64,000 nt of DNA from Bacilli bacterium (lineage in GTDB: Bacteria; Bacillota_I; Bacilli_A; RF39; UBA660), in contig JAFXPU010000008.1 of NCBI GenBank assembly GCA_017527675.1, positions 8,114 to 72,113 on the forward strand, given 5' to 3'. The notes under the pieces were generated by a model. It saw only the letters and a program-made list of their open reading frames with translations, did not search any database and was not told where the DNA came from. The position numbers were made by a program, and so were the translations under genes. This document shows, piece after piece, positions 55,264-64,000 of the stretch; position 1 is the first letter of the stretch, and the number at the start of each line of letters is the position of its first letter.

Positions 55264-55287
55264 AAAGCGATTAATTCGCTTTTTTTT
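55262..55287 (+). terminator. Rho-independent terminator
   Basis: Stem aaagcga/tcgcttt plus a T-run. Confidence 0.75.
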
Positions 55288-55320
55288 ATTTATTATGATA
55301 TAATCTAATTAGGTGATAGT

Positions 55321-55740
55321 ATGGCATTAATTAAATGTAGTGAATGTGGAAAACAAATAAGTGATCAAGCTTCTACTTGTCCTCACTGTGGTATTGCGGT
55401 TAAGGCATATACATATTGTTCTAATTGTGGAGCAAAAGTCGTTAGTGATAATTTTTGTACAAATTGTGGTGTAAGTACTAATAAATCATTTAATAATCCA
55501 AACAATAAAAAAATGTGTGGTATTGCCCTTGCTGGTGGTATTACAGGTATATGTTCATTGATTATTTATGTTATGATTTTTTATGTTGTATCTGTTATAG
55601 GTATTACAGCAATTGTTTTATCTAGCGTTGGATTAAGTAAAACTATTAATAACAACTCTTTAAAGGGTAAAGGATGGGCTATTACTGGTCTTGTATGTGG
55701 TATAGTTGATGTCATTATTAGATTTATAATTAATTTATAA
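55321..55740 (+). CDS. Zinc-ribbon (three CxxC pairs) plus two-TM membrane protein
   Basis: CSECG...CPHCG, CSNCG...CTNCG, then a Gly-rich hydrophobic C-terminal half. Confidence 0.6.
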   Translation: MALIKCSECGKQISDQASTCPHCGIAVKAYTYCSNCGAKVVSDNFCTNCGVSTNKSFNNPNNKKMCGIALAGGITGICSLIIYVMIFYVVSVIGITAIVLSSVGLSKTINNNSLKGKGWAITGLVCGIVDVIIRFIINL

Positions 55741-55741
55741 T

Positions 55742-55767
55742 AAAAGTTCATTTTTTGAACTTTTTTT
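55742..55767 (+). terminator. Rho-independent terminator
   Basis: Stem aaagttca/tgaacttt plus a T-run. Confidence 0.7.
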
Positions 55768-55822
55768 CATTGACTATTTAAAAACAATTATATATAATAA
55801 ATGACAAAAAAAGGTGGTTTTT

Positions 55823-57973
55823 ATGAAGTATTCTATTATTCAAAAAATGATGATTGAAAAAATTTTGGATGAAAATTCAAATGTTAAACTAGAAGATTTT
55901 TATGATATTTTTGCATACGATCTTATTGAGGATGATGTAGAACTACGTTTAGGTAATAACTATAACAAAATAGAACATAAAATAGATGTTGTAGATATTA
56001 CTAAAGTAGCAAGTTTTTTAATCAATAGAAATAAATTATCTACTGAGGAAATACATAGCTTTGTATTATATTTAAATGATGTTTTTAAACCATCTTTAAT
56101 GAGTAATAGTGAATTTTTATATGCTTATGAAAATATCAGTGGAAAATTAAAAACAGAAATTGGCGCCTTAGATGTTGAAATAAAGAAATATAAAAACCAA
56201 GAAAAGATGGCTAAAGAATTAGTTTCTATAAGTAATAGAAAAGAAATTGCTATTGATAGTAAAATTAAAATATCATCTAATAAAAGATTTATTAAAATTG
56301 CTATTTCTGAATTAGAAAAAATAAGATTTACTTTACCTTTTAATAGACATAAGAATAAAAAAGAATTACTTCTTAAAAAGCATATTAAATATTATGGTAA
56401 TGATATTGAATTAAGAAAACCAGAAATAGAAGATGAATATATTGTTAATATGCATCACGCTTTTACTCGTTTAGGTTTGCTTATTGATAGTAGAAAGATT
56501 ACTGATGAAGAAATAACAACCTATGTTGTCAATTTAATAAGTAGTATTGATATAAAAGATGGTCGTATTCGAAAAGACGTAGTTACTATTATTAGTAAAT
56601 TAAAAGAACGTTTAAAACAAGCAAGTAAAGAATATAAAAGTGTTAGCACTGAGATTAAAAATTTAGAATTATTAATTGATGAATATGAAAATCTAGATGT
56701 TATTGATGAAGATACATTAGAAGAATATAAGAATCATAAAAAGGAATTAAAATCAATTTACAGTTTATTAAGTTCTTTGAAAGAAGATATTCATTTATCA
56801 AATAGAGAGTTTAAAGAAGCAATACGTTCAGAACGTAATTCAGTTCGTAGAAATAATAAAAATGAATCAGAACAAAGTATTAGTACATTTAAAGAAAAGA
56901 AATATTATTTGGATGAAGATTTAGGTGATAAAGATTACTTTGTTGGTTTAGGATTATTTAGTAATAAACAAGATGATATGCTTGCAATGCATGTTCAATA
57001 TTTATTTAAAGATTATGTCAGCAATCAAACACCACGTAGAATGTATTATTTAGCTAATGAAAAAGGATACCCTATATCACATAATTATGCTGTATCTTTA
57101 GAAGAAAATGAAAATCAGACAAAAGTTAGATTACATGTTTTGAATGCTTCACCATATTTATCTAAAGATGTATCAGGATTTATGTTAGATGATTATTATA
57201 AAAAATTGAATTATAGTTTTGAACCAGATAAATGCTTATCTAGTATTGTTGCTGGTAACTTAAAATTTAAAAATAATCAAGTTTTACCTACGATAGCTTA
57301 TACATTTACCTTTGATCGTAATTATCAATTAAAAGATTTTAATATTGAAAAATGTGATGGTATATTAAAAACAATTACTCCTGAAGAAAATACTATTTTA
57401 AATGTTATTTATGATGTTAATAATACTGAGGAAAAATATAAACGCAGTAGTAGATTTTGGGAAACATTACTTCAAGAGGAATTTATTAAATATGCTGTAA
57501 ATAAAAATTTACCTATTATTTATTATGGTAGATATTTAGATGAAAGTTATGGTAAATACAAAGCAGGTGTTAAAATTGGTTACCAAAAAATGGATGATAG
57601 ACTTGCTAAATTATCAGATTTATTAGAAGATTTTGACCGCAACCTATTTAATAATGTATGTTTCAAATGGTTTAAGAACTATCGAATGAAACACTTTTCA
57701 ATGGAATATGATCCTGAATCATATTACTATTTGGAGGATATTGGTATTATTAATCCAGCAACATTCATGGGTTATAATTTACAACAAGTTATTAATGAAT
57801 GTGTATTTAATCATAAATATGAAAATAGTTCTAGTTATCAAAAAATTGTTAAAGATCAACAAGAATATATTAAACATTTTAATGATGTTATAGGTTATAT
57901 TGAACTTGAAGATTTCATTGAATTAGTTTCTGAAGCAGGTCAATTGGATATTAAAGGTAAAAAGAAGTTCTAA
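55823..57973 (+). CDS. Large (716 aa) hypothetical protein with a coiled-coil-rich N-terminal half; no recognisable domain
   Basis: ATG 55823 follows AAGGTGG. Long uninterrupted ORF with its own terminator; I recognise no catalytic motif. Confidence 0.6.
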   Translation: MKYSIIQKMMIEKILDENSNVKLEDFYDIFAYDLIEDDVELRLGNNYNKIEHKIDVVDITKVASFLINRNKLSTEEIHSFVLYLNDVFKPSLMSNSEFLYAYENISGKLKTEIGALDVEIKKYKNQEKMAKELVSISNRKEIAIDSKIKISSNKRFIKIAISELEKIRFTLPFNRHKNKKELLLKKHIKYYGNDIELRKPEIEDEYIVNMHHAFTRLGLLIDSRKITDEEITTYVVNLISSIDIKDGRIRKDVVTIISKLKERLKQASKEYKSVSTEIKNLELLIDEYENLDVIDEDTLEEYKNHKKELKSIYSLLSSLKEDIHLSNREFKEAIRSERNSVRRNNKNESEQSISTFKEKKYYLDEDLGDKDYFVGLGLFSNKQDDMLAMHVQYLFKDYVSNQTPRRMYYLANEKGYPISHNYAVSLEENENQTKVRLHVLNASPYLSKDVSGFMLDDYYKKLNYSFEPDKCLSSIVAGNLKFKNNQVLPTIAYTFTFDRNYQLKDFNIEKCDGILKTITPEENTILNVIYDVNNTEEKYKRSSRFWETLLQEEFIKYAVNKNLPIIYYGRYLDESYGKYKAGVKIGYQKMDDRLAKLSDLLEDFDRNLFNNVCFKWFKNYRMKHFSMEYDPESYYYLEDIGIINPATFMGYNLQQVINECVFNHKYENSSSYQKIVKDQQEYIKHFNDVIGYIELEDFIELVSEAGQLDIKGKKKF

Positions 57974-57988
57974 TTAGAACTTCTTTTT
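57961..57988 (+). terminator. Rho-independent terminator
   Basis: 12-bp stem aaagaagttcta/tagaacttcttt plus a T-run; it includes the stop codon. Confidence 0.7.
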
Positions 57989-58001
57989 CATATGATTTAA
58001 T

Positions 58002-58532
58002 ATGAAAATTATAACCAATCAATTATTTAAAATATTAATTACTATTATTATATCTTTAGTGATTTTAATTGGTATTAAAGCTAGTACTTCTTTTAAAACA
58101 AAGTTTTATAAAAAAGTATATGAAACAAGTATTACATTTGCTAAAATAAATACTATATATAATACTTATTTTGGTAAAATAATTCCTGTAAATAATTTAG
58201 AAGTTGTTAAACCAGTATTTAATGAATCATTAGTATATCAAAAAAAAGAGGCTTATTTAGATGGTGTTAATCTACATATTGAGTCTGAGTATCTAGTACC
58301 ATCCTTATCATCAGGAGTAGTAGTTTATATAGGTAATAAAGAAGGATATGGCAATACTTTAATTATAAGTAGTAATGATGGAACTGATATATGGTATGGT
58401 AATATGGATAAAATAGATTTAAAATTATATGATTATGTAGATAAAGGAACTTATATTGGAGCAACTAGTAATAATCTTTATTTAGTATTTAAGAAAAATG
58501 GTAAGGTTATACCATATGATAAATATATATAA
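58002..58532 (+). CDS. SpoIVFA-like membrane protein with a degenerate LytM/M23 domain
   Basis: N-terminal TM and a C-terminal M23-like fold (GVVVYIGNKEGYGNTLII...YGNMDKIDLKLYDYVDKGTYIG) without HxxxD/HxH ligands. Sits directly upstream of the M50 protease and rplU, as in B. subtilis. Confidence 0.55.
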   Translation: MKIITNQLFKILITIIISLVILIGIKASTSFKTKFYKKVYETSITFAKINTIYNTYFGKIIPVNNLEVVKPVFNESLVYQKKEAYLDGVNLHIESEYLVPSLSSGVVVYIGNKEGYGNTLIISSNDGTDIWYGNMDKIDLKLYDYVDKGTYIGATSNNLYLVFKKNGKVIPYDKYI

Positions 58533-59229
58533 AAAGATTTATATTCATCCACTATATTATTTATTCCTTTTAATTGTCCTTTTAACGGCTAATATAAGAC
58601 CTTTTATTGAATTTAGTATAATTATTTTAACTCATGAATTAGGACATATTATTACGGCTTTAATTTTAAAATGGAGAATATCTAAAATAGTAATTTTACC
58701 ATATGGTATGATTACTTTTTTTTCAAATTCATTATCTAAACCAATAATACAAGAATTATTAATATTAATTATGGGACCACTTACACAGTTAATTTTTAAT
58801 ATCTATTTTAAAAGCACATATAGTAATATTATCTTATTTATTAATTTACTTCCTATATATCCCTTGGATGGTTCTAAGATTGTATTTTTATTCTTTAATA
58901 AAGTAACTACCTATTATAAGAGTTATATCTATACTTATCTTATATCTTTTATAACCATTATCTATTTATTTTTAAATTATCATAGTATGTTAATTATTCT
59001 AATGCTTATTTATCTTTTATATCATTTAATAGATTATTTATATCACTTAAATGAGACTATAATATCATTTTGTTATGAGCGGTTTAAAACAAAATTTTAT
59101 ACAACTAAATATCTAATAATTAATGGGCCTAATATTAAACTTATGCATCGAGATAGATATCATTTCTTTAAAATAAATAAAAAATGTGTTAAAGAAGCTG
59201 ATTTTATGCTTAAAATGTTTGACAAATAA
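58498..59229 (+). CDS. spoIVFB: SpoIVFB-like site-2 (M50) intramembrane metalloprotease
   Basis: HELGH in a TM segment and NLLPIYPLDGSKI (NxxPxxxLDG). The position matches spoIVFB-rplU synteny. Alternative start at ATG 58516. Confidence 0.7.
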   Translation: MVRLYHMINIYKKIYIHPLYYLFLLIVLLTANIRPFIEFSIIILTHELGHIITALILKWRISKIVILPYGMITFFSNSLSKPIIQELLILIMGPLTQLIFNIYFKSTYSNIILFINLLPIYPLDGSKIVFLFFNKVTTYYKSYIYTYLISFITIIYLFLNYHSMLIILMLIYLLYHLIDYLYHLNETIISFCYERFKTKFYTTKYLIINGPNIKLMHRDRYHFFKINKKCVKEADFMLKMFDK

Positions 59230-59345
59230 ACGTTTTTATGCTAAAATTTATTACTGTGTAGAGCCTCACTCTACAACCGCACAGATAAGGTTTTAAACTT
59301 AGGTGCCTTAAATGGCGAGTCTTAGATTATAAAGGAGGTATATAA
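59219..59345 (+). promoter_or_regulatory. rplU promoter (TTGACA-17-TAAAAT) plus structured leader, probably an L21-leader-type element
   Basis: -35 at 59219-59224 and -10 at 59242-59247. The leader contains nested stems CTGTG-TAGAG...CTCTA...CACAG. A ribosomal leader upstream of rplU-prp-rpmA is known in Bacillota. Confidence 0.45.
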
Positions 59346-59648
59346 ATGAAAGCAGTTATCGAAACAGGTGGAAAACAATATTATGTTTCTGAAGGTTCAG
59401 TTGTATATGTTGAAAAATTAGATTCTGAAGCAGGTAAAACAGTTAAATTTGATAAAGTTTTAATGATCGATTCTAAAGTTGGTACACCATATATAAGTGG
59501 AGCTTCTGTTGAAGGTGAAGTTTTAAAACAAGGTAAAAACAAAAAAATAATTGTATATAAATACAATCAAAAGAATAATTACCATAAAAAACAAGGACAC
59601 CGTCAACCATATACAAAAGTTGAAATTAAGAAAATCGTGGTAAAATAA
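59346..59648 (+). CDS. rplU: 50S ribosomal protein L21
   Basis: [17 protein letters not shown]...[14 protein letters not shown]. Confidence 0.95.
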   Translation: MKAVIETGGKQYYVSEGSVVYVEKLDSEAGKTVKFDKVLMIDSKVGTPYISGASVEGEVLKQGKNKKIIVYKYNQKNNYHKKQGHRQPYTKVEIKKIVVK

Positions 59649-59649
59649 T

Positions 59650-59955
59650 ATGATAAAAATTCATATAAAGAAAGAAAAAGATAAAGTAAATTACATAAAA
59701 ATATCTGGTCATTCAGGTTATGCTGAAATAGGTTCAGATATTGTATGTGCGTCTATATCCTCAATCTGTGTTACAACAGTTAATGCTATAGTTCGTTATA
59801 ATGAAAATGCATTATTATATACAGATTCAGATGGATTACTTGAGATGGGTATTACTTTTCATGATAAGGTAATCGATATGTTAGTTGAAAATATGATTGA
59901 TTTATTAGATAACTTATCAAGTCAATATCCTGAAAATGTTAAAATAATGAAATAA
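59650..59955 (+). CDS. prp: Ribosomal-processing cysteine protease Prp (YsxB)
   Basis: GHSGYAEIGSDIVCASIS (His/Cys dyad), encoded between rplU and rpmA. Confidence 0.85.
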   Translation: MIKIHIKKEKDKVNYIKISGHSGYAEIGSDIVCASISSICVTTVNAIVRYNENALLYTDSDGLLEMGITFHDKVIDMLVENMIDLLDNLSSQYPENVKIMK

Positions 59956-59972
59956 GGTAGGAGGTGCTCCGC

Positions 59973-60260
59973 ATGAAATTAATGTTATTAAATATCCAAT
60001 TATTTGCTCATAAAAAAGGACAAGGTTCTACTAAGAATGGTAGAGATTCAGCAGGTCGTAGATTAGGAGCAAAAGCAGCCGATGGTGAATATGTAACTGG
60101 AGGTTCAATTATTTATCGTCAAAGAGGTACAAGAATTTATCCAGGTGTTAACACTGGTATAGGTTCTGATGATACTGTTTATGCTAAAATTAGTGGATAC
60201 GTTAAATTTGAGCGTTTAGGAAAAGATAAAAAACAAGTAAGTGTTTATGAAAATTTATAA
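59973..60260 (+). CDS. rpmA: 50S ribosomal protein L27 with a cleavable N-terminal extension
   Basis: [26 protein letters not shown] shows the Prp cleavage-type motif. ATG 59973 follows AGGAGGTG. Confidence 0.95.
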   Translation: MKLMLLNIQLFAHKKGQGSTKNGRDSAGRRLGAKAADGEYVTGGSIIYRQRGTRIYPGVNTGIGSDDTVYAKISGYVKFERLGKDKKQVSVYENL

Positions 60261-60376
60261 GAGCAAAATACTTGCTTTTTTTTTGTTTCTAAAGCCTAAA
60301 AAATGTAAAAAATTAGAAACTGTAATAATTCTTTATCCCTTATTAAATAATGGTAAAACCACTTTTGTAAATATTA

Positions 60377-60390
60377 CGAACAAATGTTTG
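60377..60390 (+). promoter_or_regulatory. LexA operator upstream of recA
   Basis: CGAACAAATGTTTG has one deviation from CGAACRNRYGTTYC and lies 9 nt upstream of the -35. Confidence 0.65.
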
Positions 60391-60399
60391 AAAAAAGTA

Positions 60400-60428
60400 T
60401 TGACATTAGTATTTGGGAATGTTATAAT
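60400..60428 (+). promoter_or_regulatory. recA sigma-A promoter
   Basis: TTGACA, 17 nt, TATAAT. Confidence 0.7.
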
Positions 60429-60457
60429 TAAGTTGTATTTATCAAGGGAGGAAAGTT

Positions 60458-61510
60458 ATGACAAAGTCAGCTGCTGATCAAGCAATTGAACAAGTAATGC
60501 GTGATATCGAAAAACAATTTGGAAAAGGTGCAGTCATGAAATTAGGAGATCACGAACATGTTAAAATAGATACAATTCCTAGTGGATCAATTTCACTTGA
60601 TATTGCTCTAGGAATTGGTGGATATCCAAAAGGAAGAATTATTGAAATATATGGACCTGAATCAAGTGGTAAAACAACATTTGCTCTTCATGCCATAGCT
60701 GAAGCTCAAAAGAAGGGTGGTAGAGCAGCATTTATTGATGCTGAGCATGCTTTAGATCCATCTTATGCAGCTAAAATAGGTGTTAATATAAATGATTTAT
60801 TATTATCTCAACCAGATAATGGAGAACAAGCTTTAGAAATATGTGAAGCATTAGTACGTAGTGGAGCAATTAGTATAATTGTAATTGACTCTGTTGCTGC
60901 TTTAGTTCCACAAGCCGAAATTGAAGGAGAAATGGGTGATTCTCATGTTGGACTTCAAGCTCGTTTAATGAGCCAAGCTTTAAGAAAATTATCAGGTATA
61001 ATTAATAAGACTAATACTATTTGTATTTTTATTAATCAATTAAGAGAAAAAGTTGGTGTATTATTTGGTAATCCAGAAGTAACACCAGGTGGACGTGCAC
61101 TTAAATTTTATTCATCTATTCGTTTAGAAATTAGAAAAGGTGAAGCGATTAAATTAGGTGCTAATGTTATTGGTAATCGTGCTAATATCAAAGTAGTTAA
61201 AAATAAAATGGCTCCTCCATTTAAAACTTGCTCAGTTGATATTATGTATGGTGAAGGTGTATCTGCAACCGGTGAACTTGTTGATTTAGGAACAGAAGCC
61301 AATGTCCTTGTTAAAAGTGGTGCTTGGTATTCTTATAAAGGTGAGAAGGTTGGCCAAGGTAAAGAAAATGTCAAAGAATGGCTAAAGAAAAATCCTAAAT
61401 TAATGGAGGAAATTAATAAGCAAGTAAGGGATTATTACAATAATAATACGAAATTAGAAATTGGTACTCCATCAACAGATGATGATATTGATGAAATGTT
61501 AGAAAATTAA
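60458..61510 (+). CDS. recA: Recombinase RecA
   Basis: [14 protein letters not shown], Walker [10 protein letters not shown], and [28 protein letters not shown]. Confidence 0.97.
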   Translation: MTKSAADQAIEQVMRDIEKQFGKGAVMKLGDHEHVKIDTIPSGSISLDIALGIGGYPKGRIIEIYGPESSGKTTFALHAIAEAQKKGGRAAFIDAEHALDPSYAAKIGVNINDLLLSQPDNGEQALEICEALVRSGAISIIVIDSVAALVPQAEIEGEMGDSHVGLQARLMSQALRKLSGIINKTNTICIFINQLREKVGVLFGNPEVTPGGRALKFYSSIRLEIRKGEAIKLGANVIGNRANIKVVKNKMAPPFKTCSVDIMYGEGVSATGELVDLGTEANVLVKSGAWYSYKGEKVGQGKENVKEWLKKNPKLMEEINKQVRDYYNNNTKLEIGTPSTDDDIDEMLEN

Positions 61511-61529
61511 CTTTTAGTTAATTTTTTTT
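61504..61529 (+). terminator. Rho-independent terminator
   Basis: Stem aattaac/gttaatt plus a T-run. Confidence 0.6.
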
Positions 61530-61608
61530 CTTTCTTGACTTATTTTATAATCTAGACTAAAATTAATAGTAGGTGGAAACACTTTTATATATAGAAATGG
61601 AGGATAAT

Positions 61609-63162
61609 ATGCCAAATATGGTCATCTCCATTTTGCTAGTCATTTCCGGGTTAACCGTTGGAATCATCGTAATGTTTATATTTAATTATGTTAAGAAAAA
61701 CAGTGCCTTAGCAAATGCTGATAAGATTGTAGCAGATGCTAAAACTGAAGCTGAAAGAATAAAGAAAGAAAGTATTTTAGAAGCTCGTGAAGAGGCTAAT
61801 CAAATTAAGTTAGCAACAGATGAGGAAGTAAAAGAAAGAAAAGCCGAATTAAAAGAATCTGAGCAAAGATTATATGCTCGTGAAGAAAGTATTGAAAGAC
61901 GTGATCAAAGTTTACAAAATCGTGAATCAATGCTTGATGAAAAAGAAAATAATTTAATTGATAAACAAAACCAAATCCAAAATGAACAAGCAAAAGTGGA
62001 GGAAATTAAACAAGAACAATTAAGATTACTTGAAGAGATTGCTGGTTATTCAAAAGAAAAAGCAAGAGAATTAGTTATGAAGAATGTGGAAGAACAAATG
62101 TCTAAAGAGATTTCTTCATACATTAAAGAAAGAGAAACGGAAGCAAAACTTGTAGCAGATAAAAATGCTAAAAGTTTATTAGTTGCTTCAATGCAAAAAT
62201 ATGCATCTGACGTATCATCTGAACAAACTGTTACAGTTGTTGATTTACCAAATGATGATATGAAAGGTCGTATAATTGGTCGTGAAGGTAGAAATATTCG
62301 TACAATAGAAGCAGTTACAGGAGTTGATTTAATTATTGATGATACACCTGAAGCTATGGTTGTATCTTCATTTGATCCATTACGTCGTGAAATTGCAAAA
62401 TTAACAATTGATTCTTTAATTAAAGATGGACGTATTCATCCAGCTCGTATTGAAGAAATCTATGATAAAACTTGCAAAGAAATGAAAGAAAAAATCTATG
62501 AATATGGTGATTCTGCATGTTTTGAATTAGGAATTACTAAAGTAGATCCTGAATTAATTGAAATATTAGGTAAATTACATTTTAGAACAAGTTATGGTCA
62601 AAATGTTTTAACACATTCAATTGAAGTTGCACACCTTGCAGGTATTATGGCAGCTGAACTTGGAGAAAATGTTAACCTTGCTAAACGTGCTGGTTTATTC
62701 CATGATATTGGTAAAGCAATAGATCATGAAATGGAAGGTAGTCATGTTGAAATAGGTTCTAATATTGCCAAAAAATATCATGAGAATGATGTTGTTATTA
62801 ATGCCATTGAATCACATCATGGTGATACAGAAGCAACAAGTATTATTTCATGTTTAGTAGCTGTAGCTGATGCTTTATCAGCATCAAGACCTGGTGCACG
62901 TAATGACTCACTTGAAAACTATGTTCAAAGATTACATGATCTTGAAAATATTGCTAATGAGACAGATGGTGTTGATAATTCATTTGCTATTCAAGCTGGT
63001 CGTGAACTACGTGTTATTGTTAAACCACAAGAAATTGATGATTTAAAAGCTCAAAAAGTTGCTCGTGATATTAAAACACGTATTGAAAATGAATTACAAT
63101 ATCCTGGTACTATTAAAGTAACAGTTATTCGTGAAACACGTGTTACAGAAGAGGCTAAATAA
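61609..63162 (+). CDS. rny: Ribonuclease Y
   Basis: N-terminal TM, coiled coil, KH domain ([17 protein letters not shown]) and HD domain (FHDIGKA...ESHHGD). ATG 61609 follows GGAGGA. Confidence 0.95.
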   Translation: MPNMVISILLVISGLTVGIIVMFIFNYVKKNSALANADKIVADAKTEAERIKKESILEAREEANQIKLATDEEVKERKAELKESEQRLYAREESIERRDQSLQNRESMLDEKENNLIDKQNQIQNEQAKVEEIKQEQLRLLEEIAGYSKEKARELVMKNVEEQMSKEISSYIKERETEAKLVADKNAKSLLVASMQKYASDVSSEQTVTVVDLPNDDMKGRIIGREGRNIRTIEAVTGVDLIIDDTPEAMVVSSFDPLRREIAKLTIDSLIKDGRIHPARIEEIYDKTCKEMKEKIYEYGDSACFELGITKVDPELIEILGKLHFRTSYGQNVLTHSIEVAHLAGIMAAELGENVNLAKRAGLFHDIGKAIDHEMEGSHVEIGSNIAKKYHENDVVINAIESHHGDTEATSIISCLVAVADALSASRPGARNDSLENYVQRLHDLENIANETDGVDNSFAIQAGRELRVIVKPQEIDDLKAQKVARDIKTRIENELQYPGTIKVTVIRETRVTEEAK

Positions 63163-63166
63163 AGAA

Positions 63167-63192
63167 ATGGTGTTAAATACATCATTTTTTTT
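63167..63192 (+). terminator. Rho-independent terminator (copy 1 of a repeated hairpin)
   Basis: Stem atggtgt/acatcat (one G:U pair), loop taaat, plus a T-run. Confidence 0.6.
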
Positions 63193-63227
63193 ATATTTTC
63201 ATGTTATAATTAATGTGGAGGTAGAAT

Positions 63228-63665
63228 ATGGGAAAAGTATCAGTTTATAAATTTAATATTAGCGATTCCAATGAGCAAATGAGAGCAGAACAAATAATTC
63301 AACAATATTTAGTTGATAAGAATTTTATATATGACGATAAGTATAATTGTTATAGAGTTACTCAACAAAATTATACCAATTCAATTGATGTACGTTATGG
63401 ATTGGAATATCGTTTTGAAAACAATCAATTAGTAATAAATGCATTTACTATAAATGAAATACTTAATATAAAACAATCAATTAATGGAACATCATTTGTT
63501 CCATATATTAAAGAATTAATAAAATTATTGGAACAAAATGGATTTATGTATTTGGGAAAAGGAAAGAGTAATTCAGATGATAATAGTGCATTTAAAAGAT
63601 TAATGGTTATTTTAGTGTGTGTTTTACTTATTGCTATTTTGTTTTTTATAGCAATGTATGCTTAA
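63228..63665 (+). CDS. Hypothetical protein with a C-terminal TM anchor
   Basis: RBS GGAGGT. C-terminal segment LMVILVCVLLIAILFFIAMY. Confidence 0.45.
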   Translation: MGKVSVYKFNISDSNEQMRAEQIIQQYLVDKNFIYDDKYNCYRVTQQNYTNSIDVRYGLEYRFENNQLVINAFTINEILNIKQSINGTSFVPYIKELIKLLEQNGFMYLGKGKSNSDDNSAFKRLMVILVCVLLIAILFFIAMYA

Positions 63666-63672
63666 TATAAAA

Positions 63673-63700
63673 ATTGATGTTAAATACATCAATTTTTTTT
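63673..63700 (+). terminator. Rho-independent terminator (copy 2 of a repeated hairpin)
   Basis: Stem attgatgt/acatcaat, the same loop taaat, plus a T-run. Confidence 0.65.
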
Positions 63701-63765
63701 ATATGTTTTTTTGTGGTATAATTTATCTAGTTAGGATATGTTATCTTACTTAAAGGAGTGAAAAA

Positions 63766-64000
63766 ATGAAAAAACTAAATGAATACATAGATGTAAAAGC
63801 AGCAATAATAACCTTAGTAGGAATAGGTCTATTCTTATTTTTGGTTTCAAGGTGCAATAGTATAGGCAGTGATAGTACTATTATAAAAAAAACACAAGAA
63901 TATATTAGTGGAGAAAGATTTGAACTAATATCTTCTGAAAAATATAAAGAATCCGATAATGGAAAAATTTTTTATTTTCGTTCTTTAGAAAGAGATTTAA
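63766..64000 (+). CDS. 5' part of a membrane-anchored or lipoprotein-like hypothetical protein, truncated by the window edge
   Basis: RBS AAAGGAG. N-terminal hydrophobic segment ending LVSRCNS. The frame is still open at the window end. Confidence 0.4.
   Translation, partial: MKKLNEYIDVKAAIITLVGIGLFLFLVSRCNSIGSDSTIIKKTQEYISGERFELISSEKYKESDNGKIFYFRSLERDL

Noticed and set aside
60285-60322. Inverted repeat GTTTCTAA...TTAGAAAC upstream of the recA LexA box
   Set aside because: The arms are 8 bp with a loop of about 20 nt, in AT-rich DNA. No known operator matches, so this could easily be chance.
60241-60477. 78-aa ORF spanning the rpmA-recA intergenic region
   Set aside because: It covers the rpmA terminator, the LexA box and the recA promoter and RBS, and it lacks an RBS of its own. 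This is regulatory DNA rather than coding sequence.
1-64000. Looked for mobile elements, prophage, CRISPR and classic defence genes
   Set aside because: I recognised no integrase, transposase, recombinase, terminal inverted repeats, repeat-spacer arrays, restriction-modification, toxin-antitoxin or Cas-like motifs. By eye the composition is uniform across the window, consistent with a core chromosomal region.

Overview
Visibly AT-rich chromosomal segment from a spore-forming, low-GC Bacillota-type genome. Nearly every gene has a GGAGG/GGTGA-type RBS, T-box leaders are present, and the order spoIVFA/B-rplU-prp-rpmA and recA-rny is Bacillus-like. The content is mostly core housekeeping: polA, serS, eno, ftsK, radC-mreCD, mutM, nrdDG, fmt, murE-mraY, leuS, rnj, ftsY-ylxM, rplU-prp-rpmA, recA and rny. 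Interspersed are sporulation/germination genes (LysM protein, SleC-like cortex lytic enzyme, CotF-like, GerM-like, gerE, spoIIIAH-like, SpoIVFA/FB-like). A surface-protein block lies at 45.7-50.1 kb and includes a thioester-domain adhesin and a small sortase. There are three tRNAs (Gln-CUG; Thr-GGU and Arg-UCU on the minus strand), two T-box leaders (Ser, Leu), a probable L21 leader and three LexA (Cheo) boxes. I saw no rRNA, CRISPR array, transposase, integrase or prophage signature. Five observations deserve a second look. (1) The class III ribonucleotide reductase is split: the 763-aa NrdD stops before the glycyl-radical motif, which is carried by a separate 53-codon ORF with its own strong RBS (33156-33317, not in the supplied track). 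(2) Two murE paralogs sit in tandem. One lacks the DNPR specificity motif, they share a 41-aa block that differs only at synonymous sites, and a terminator-like hairpin between them buries the second gene's RBS. (3) A HerA/DUF87-type ATPase sits where ffh normally follows ylxM, followed by a zinc-ribbon membrane protein and a 716-aa orphan. (4) A perfect SOS box drives a 9-codon mini-ORF plus hairpin ahead of a LysM/split-SleC gene set. (5) The thioester adhesin lacks LPXTG and its sortase lacks the conserved Arg. All functional calls rest on motif recognition by eye, with no database search.
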